Positions 53,547 through 56,649 of a DNA stretch of 56,649 bases are shown one piece after another. The notes under the pieces are model-generated. The model searched no databases, was not told the DNA's origin, and saw nothing but the letters and a program-made list of their open reading frames with translations. The translations under genes were made by a program, and so were the position numbers. Positions within the stretch are counted from its first letter, which is position 1, and every line of letters begins with the position of its first letter. Source of the stretch: an uncultured Elusimicrobiaceae bacterium (lineage in GTDB: Bacteria > Elusimicrobiota > Elusimicrobia > Elusimicrobiales > UBA9959); contig CAZUQT010000002.1 in assembly GCA_964622585.1 (NCBI GenBank), positions 1 through 56,649 on the forward strand, given 5' to 3'.

Positions 53547-54277
53547 AGCTCGGCATCTACAAGGTCGGCGAACGCGGGATGAGCGACGCCGACGTCCTGT
53601 TGCGTCCGAAGGACCTTCCGCGCTTCGAAAAGATACTCCACGGGCTCCGCTACCAGCCGATGCCGAACAGCGCCGACGGCTGGCTGCGGCCGAGCCGGAA
53701 CGACGCGCCGCCGGCCATTCTCGACCTGCATACCGGCCTTTGGCACATAAAGCGCACCGAGGAACTCTTTAACTGGGGCCTCGAACCGGGTCCCGGCGGG
53801 CTCGCTCTGAACCTGGCCGACCTCTTCCTGCACGCCGCCGCCCACCCGCTTCTGCACCACGGGGAGGTTACGCCCCGCTCCCTGGAAGACTGCGCCCGCA
53901 TCGCCCTGCACGCGCCCGGGGACGGAGAGAAATTCTGGGCCGCCGTGGCCCGCAAAACTGAAATTTATAATATGCGCCCGGTGATCTGGCCGGTCATAGA
54001 GAGGCTGGCCGCCGGCCCGTTGGCGATCCCGGAGGCTGAACTGCGGGCCCTGGAGCCGCGCGGCCTGGAAAAAATAAAAGCGGCTTTCTTCGAGAAAGCC
54101 GCCAAAAAACATTCTACCTTGCTGGAATATCTGCTGCCGGTGCTGCACCGCCCCGGCTTCCTGCTGAAATACGCCGTCCCCGAAAAACATTTCATGCTGC
54201 GCCGCTACGGCGCCGCAAGCCTGGCCCTCTACCTTCTGCGCCCGCTAAAGCTGCTCCGCTCCGCCCTGAGGCGCTAG
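53429..54277 (+). CDS. uncharacterised nucleotidyltransferase family (NTP_transf_5-like) protein
   Basis: IPLKGAALLELGIYKVGERGMSDADVLLRPKDLPRF matches the family's N-terminal pattern (LKG..L......R...D.D.L). No SD sequence; the start lies 6 nt after TAGAAT. Confidence 0.7.
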   Translation: MDKAIAAREILLLGAFDEARAVALKAGIEIIPLKGAALLELGIYKVGERGMSDADVLLRPKDLPRFEKILHGLRYQPMPNSADGWLRPSRNDAPPAILDLHTGLWHIKRTEELFNWGLEPGPGGLALNLADLFLHAAAHPLLHHGEVTPRSLEDCARIALHAPGDGEKFWAAVARKTEIYNMRPVIWPVIERLAAGPLAIPEAELRALEPRGLEKIKAAFFEKAAKKHSTLLEYLLPVLHRPGFLLKYAVPEKHFMLRRYGAASLALYLLRPLKLLRSALRR

Positions 54278-54655
54278 CCCGCGCACCAGGGTGTACATCT
54301 TCAGCATATTGGCCAGCCGCTCGAGGCCGGGGGGCTTTATCACAAAATCGAAAGCGCCTTCCTTGACGGCCTTGGCCGCCATATCGACATTGTCCAGGCC
54401 GGTAATGAGGATAACGCAGGCGTCCTTGTTCGTCTCCCGCGCTTTAAAGGAAAATTCGAGGCCGCTGGCCCCGCGCAGGTAAATATCGGAGATCACTACG
54501 TCGAAAGGTTTTTCAGCCAGGAGCGCGCGGGCTTTTTCCGCGTCGTCCAGGCGGGTAACTTCAAATTGGGGAAAAGCGGCCAGGATCTCGTTGACGCGGG
54601 CTATGACGTAGCCCTCTTCCTCGAGAAGCAGGAGCTGTTTCTTCTCCATCACCAT
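54245..54655 (-). CDS. single-domain response regulator
   Basis: LLLEEEGYV, VVISDIYLRG phospho-acceptor Asp, ILITG, IKPP. Its start overlaps the HD-GYP stop (ATGGTGATG; the starts at 54655 and 54649 are both possible). Confidence 0.82.
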   Translation of the reverse strand: MVMEKKQLLLLEEEGYVIARVNEILAAFPQFEVTRLDDAEKARALLAEKPFDVVISDIYLRGASGLEFSFKARETNKDACVILITGLDNVDMAAKAVKEGAFDFVIKPPGLERLANMLKMYTLVRGLAPQGGAEQL

Positions 54656-55965
54656 TCCACCCACCAGCGGGCCATCTCGAGCCTGGCCGCGAATTTAGGG
54701 TTGCGGGCGGTTATCTCTTTCAGGCTGACGGAGCGCTCTATCGAGGTAAGAGGATGTTCGAAAAGGTCCAGTTGCTGCGCGGGCAAATGCTCGAAATGGG
54801 AATCCATGATTATTTCCACCAGCGGCTTGGTAAGGAAGCCTTTCTTCACCCTTATCACGCGGGCGATATCCCCGGAGGAAAGCGCCACCAGGGAGCCGGG
54901 GGGATAGATCGAGACGGCGGAGAGCAGCGCCTTGATAGCCGGGGCATTGAAGCCTTTGCCTTCCTTCTCCACGAGTTCTTTGACCGTGTCGGGATGGGAG
55001 GCGGCCTCCCGCCAGGCCCGGGGATGGGTCAGAGCTTCGTAGGTGTCGGCTATGCTGATGAACTGGGCAAGAGGGTCTATCTCCTCGTCCGAGAGGCGGT
55101 CCGGATAGCCGGTTCCGTCCGCGCGCTCGTGGATCTGCAGTACTATGCGCTTGGCCCGGTCTTTTATCCTGTAATCGATGTCTACTATCCGGTCCAGCTT
55201 GGCGACGCCGGCCTCGGCGTGCAGGGACATTTCCTGGAATTCTTTCTCGCCCAGGCGGTCGGAGCGGTTATAAAGCGAAGTGTATTCCGTCATGCCTATA
55301 TCGTGCGCCATGGCGCAGAAGCCGAGCAGCAGGAGGTCTGACTCCTTCAGGCCGGCTTCCAGGCCCATGGCCAGCGCTATTATGGTCGTATTGGCCGTGT
55401 GGGCGCGCAGGTAGTCCTCGCCGGTGGAATAGTCGGTGTAGCTGAAAAGCACGCTGCCGGGGTTCAGGTTTTCGATAATGACGCGGCAGGCCGCCAGGAT
55501 AGCTTCGTACTTCTCCGTATAGGGCTGGTCGACGCTTTTAAGGAAGGTTCCCGACAGCTCCAGGACCCTGGCATAGACTTCCCTGGCCTTGGCGTCGAGC
55601 TCGGCGAAAGGGACAGCCGGCGCGCGGGAAAGAGACTCGGCTTCCCGGCGGCTTCTCGGGCTTCCGGCGGCCGGTTGTTTGACCGGTTCCGGAGTATAAG
55701 AGGGAAAATGGGCCTGCAGTTCCTGGGCCAGAGCGGAAGTCTCCTCGCGGCGCGCGGGCGCCTGGGAAACGGGCGGAGCTTTTTGAGCCGGGGCGGCTGG
55801 AATAAATGGCGGCGCGGAGGCGGCGGGTTCCTCTGGAACGCGGGCGGCAGCCGGAGCGGCCGGTCTCTCTCTCTCCTTCCTGGGAAGGGGGCCGAACCGT
55901 GAAGGTTTTTCAGGCTCCGGGGCCGGAGCTTCCTCTTTTATCCTTTTCAGGTCTGAAAAGCGCAT
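54649..55965 (-). CDS. HD-GYP domain c-di-GMP phosphodiesterase with a Pro/Ala-rich N-terminus
   Basis: CAMAHDIGM (HD) and HERADGTGYP (GYP) motifs. Confidence 0.85.
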   Translation of the reverse strand: MRFSDLKRIKEEAPAPEPEKPSRFGPLPRKERERPAAPAAARVPEEPAASAPPFIPAAPAQKAPPVSQAPARREETSALAQELQAHFPSYTPEPVKQPAAGSPRSRREAESLSRAPAVPFAELDAKAREVYARVLELSGTFLKSVDQPYTEKYEAILAACRVIIENLNPGSVLFSYTDYSTGEDYLRAHTANTTIIALAMGLEAGLKESDLLLLGFCAMAHDIGMTEYTSLYNRSDRLGEKEFQEMSLHAEAGVAKLDRIVDIDYRIKDRAKRIVLQIHERADGTGYPDRLSDEEIDPLAQFISIADTYEALTHPRAWREAASHPDTVKELVEKEGKGFNAPAIKALLSAVSIYPPGSLVALSSGDIARVIRVKKGFLTKPLVEIIMDSHFEHLPAQQLDLFEHPLTSIERSVSLKEITARNPKFAARLEMARWWVEW

Positions 55966-56083
55966 ATAAAAATTGTAGCAGATGAAGATTAAGGAAAGAT
56001 TGCGGAAAGATTAACCTGAATCCTGCAAGGATTCCGCGCGAAGGGGCGGAAAGTTGCCGCTGCAACTTTCAGGCTAACTGCGC

Positions 56084-56649
56084 TTACATCTTTTTTTCGT
56101 AGATCCGGTACTTTTTGTACGGTTTCCCGCCGACCGACTCTATAGTGTTGTTTATAAGAGTATTGTCCTCGAGGGTCCAGGACATCTCGCCGTGCTGCCA
56201 GCCCATCTTTTTGCCGGACTGCATGGCTTTGTTTATAAGGAGCATCTCGAGGCCGCGGCCGCGGAACTCTTTTTTCACGCCGAGGGTAAGCATGCGCCCG
56301 CCGCGCACCTTGAACAGCATCTTGTGAAGGAAAGGGATGATGGTAAGGAGGTTCAGGCTGCCCCGCGCGGCTTTCAGCGGCACGTTGAAGTCCGGCAGCA
56401 TAAGGCAGAAAGCGGCGGGCTTGCCGTCCACCCTGGCGAAGAACAGATAGTCGGGCTTGAGCATCGGCTTAAGCATCTTGCCCAGGTCGTCCAGCTCGGC
56501 TTCCGTCATCGGCACGAAGCCCCAGTTCTTTTCCCAGGCGGAGTTGTAGACGTCCTTGAGTTCCGCGATAGCGGCGTCCAGCTTCTTTATGTCCACCAGG
56601 TCCACGGTTATGCTCCCGCTCCTGCCGATGCGCTGGATCAGCTTGTTGA
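56084..56649 (-). CDS. GNAT-fold acetyltransferase-like protein, 5'-truncated by the window edge
   Basis: VKKEFRGRGLEMLL (an acetyl-CoA loop Q/RxxGxG/A analogue). The frame stays open to the end of the window. Confidence 0.65.
   Translation of the reverse strand, partial: NKLIQRIGRSGSITVDLVDIKKLDAAIAELKDVYNSAWEKNWGFVPMTEAELDDLGKMLKPMLKPDYLFFARVDGKPAAFCLMLPDFNVPLKAARGSLNLLTIIPFLHKMLFKVRGGRMLTLGVKKEFRGRGLEMLLINKAMQSGKKMGWQHGEMSWTLEDNTLINNTIESVGGKPYKKYRIYEKKM

Noticed and set aside
1-56649. CRISPR arrays, tRNA/rRNA/tmRNA/RNase P genes, IS elements, integrases
   Set aside because: No regularly spaced direct repeats, no tRNA-like T-arm (GGTTCGAATCC) outside coding sequence, no conserved ncRNA motifs and no transposase- or integrase-like ORFs were found by eye. 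A covariance-model scan would be needed to exclude small ncRNAs.

Overview
GC-rich chromosomal segment from what looks like a diderm bacterium (kdsC, an outer-membrane barrel ending in Phe, MltB). No rRNA, tRNA, CRISPR array, integrase or transposase was recognised. The backbone is housekeeping: dus, mutS, mutL (the two mismatch-repair genes separated by two unrelated genes), TerC, a pyrimidine cluster pyrC-[375 bp AT-rich gap]-pyrD-[FkbM-like gene]-pyrF-pyrE, ccdA, kdsC, parA/parB preceded by three parS-like palindromes, asd, cstA, hemolysin-III, tatD, an NCS2 uracil permease, and c-di-GMP parts (PilZ, receiver + HD-GYP). The best candidate for something undescribed is an accessory block at about 46.2-53.4 kb. 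It is bracketed by a decayed direct copy of the promoter plus 5' end of the downstream nucleotidyltransferase gene. By eye it is more AT-rich than its flanks. It carries an XRE-type regulator whose start codon sits inside a perfect 19-bp palindrome, and that palindrome plus about 185 nt of leader is duplicated, with identical spacing, in front of two modules. The first module is a secreted FGE-fold protein lacking the catalytic cysteines plus an orphan receiver. The second is a frameshifted secreted S1 protease, a secreted HExxH protein and a Cys-rich secreted protein. Other observations: a nearly identical promoter/operator cassette (TTKACT-N17-TAGAAT-N6-ATG with an embedded CTAGAATCTAG palindrome) used three times; a recurring '-10 hexamer, 6 nt, start codon' geometry suggesting leaderless mRNAs; parS sites with arms 1 bp longer than the canonical site; a phased GTTAAC repeat operator at an excisionase-type HTH gene; a translationally coupled clostripain-like (C11) operon; tandem membrane-anchored paralogs; and a secreted protein built of five ~66-aa repeats. 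All functional calls come from motif recognition by eye; no database search was run.
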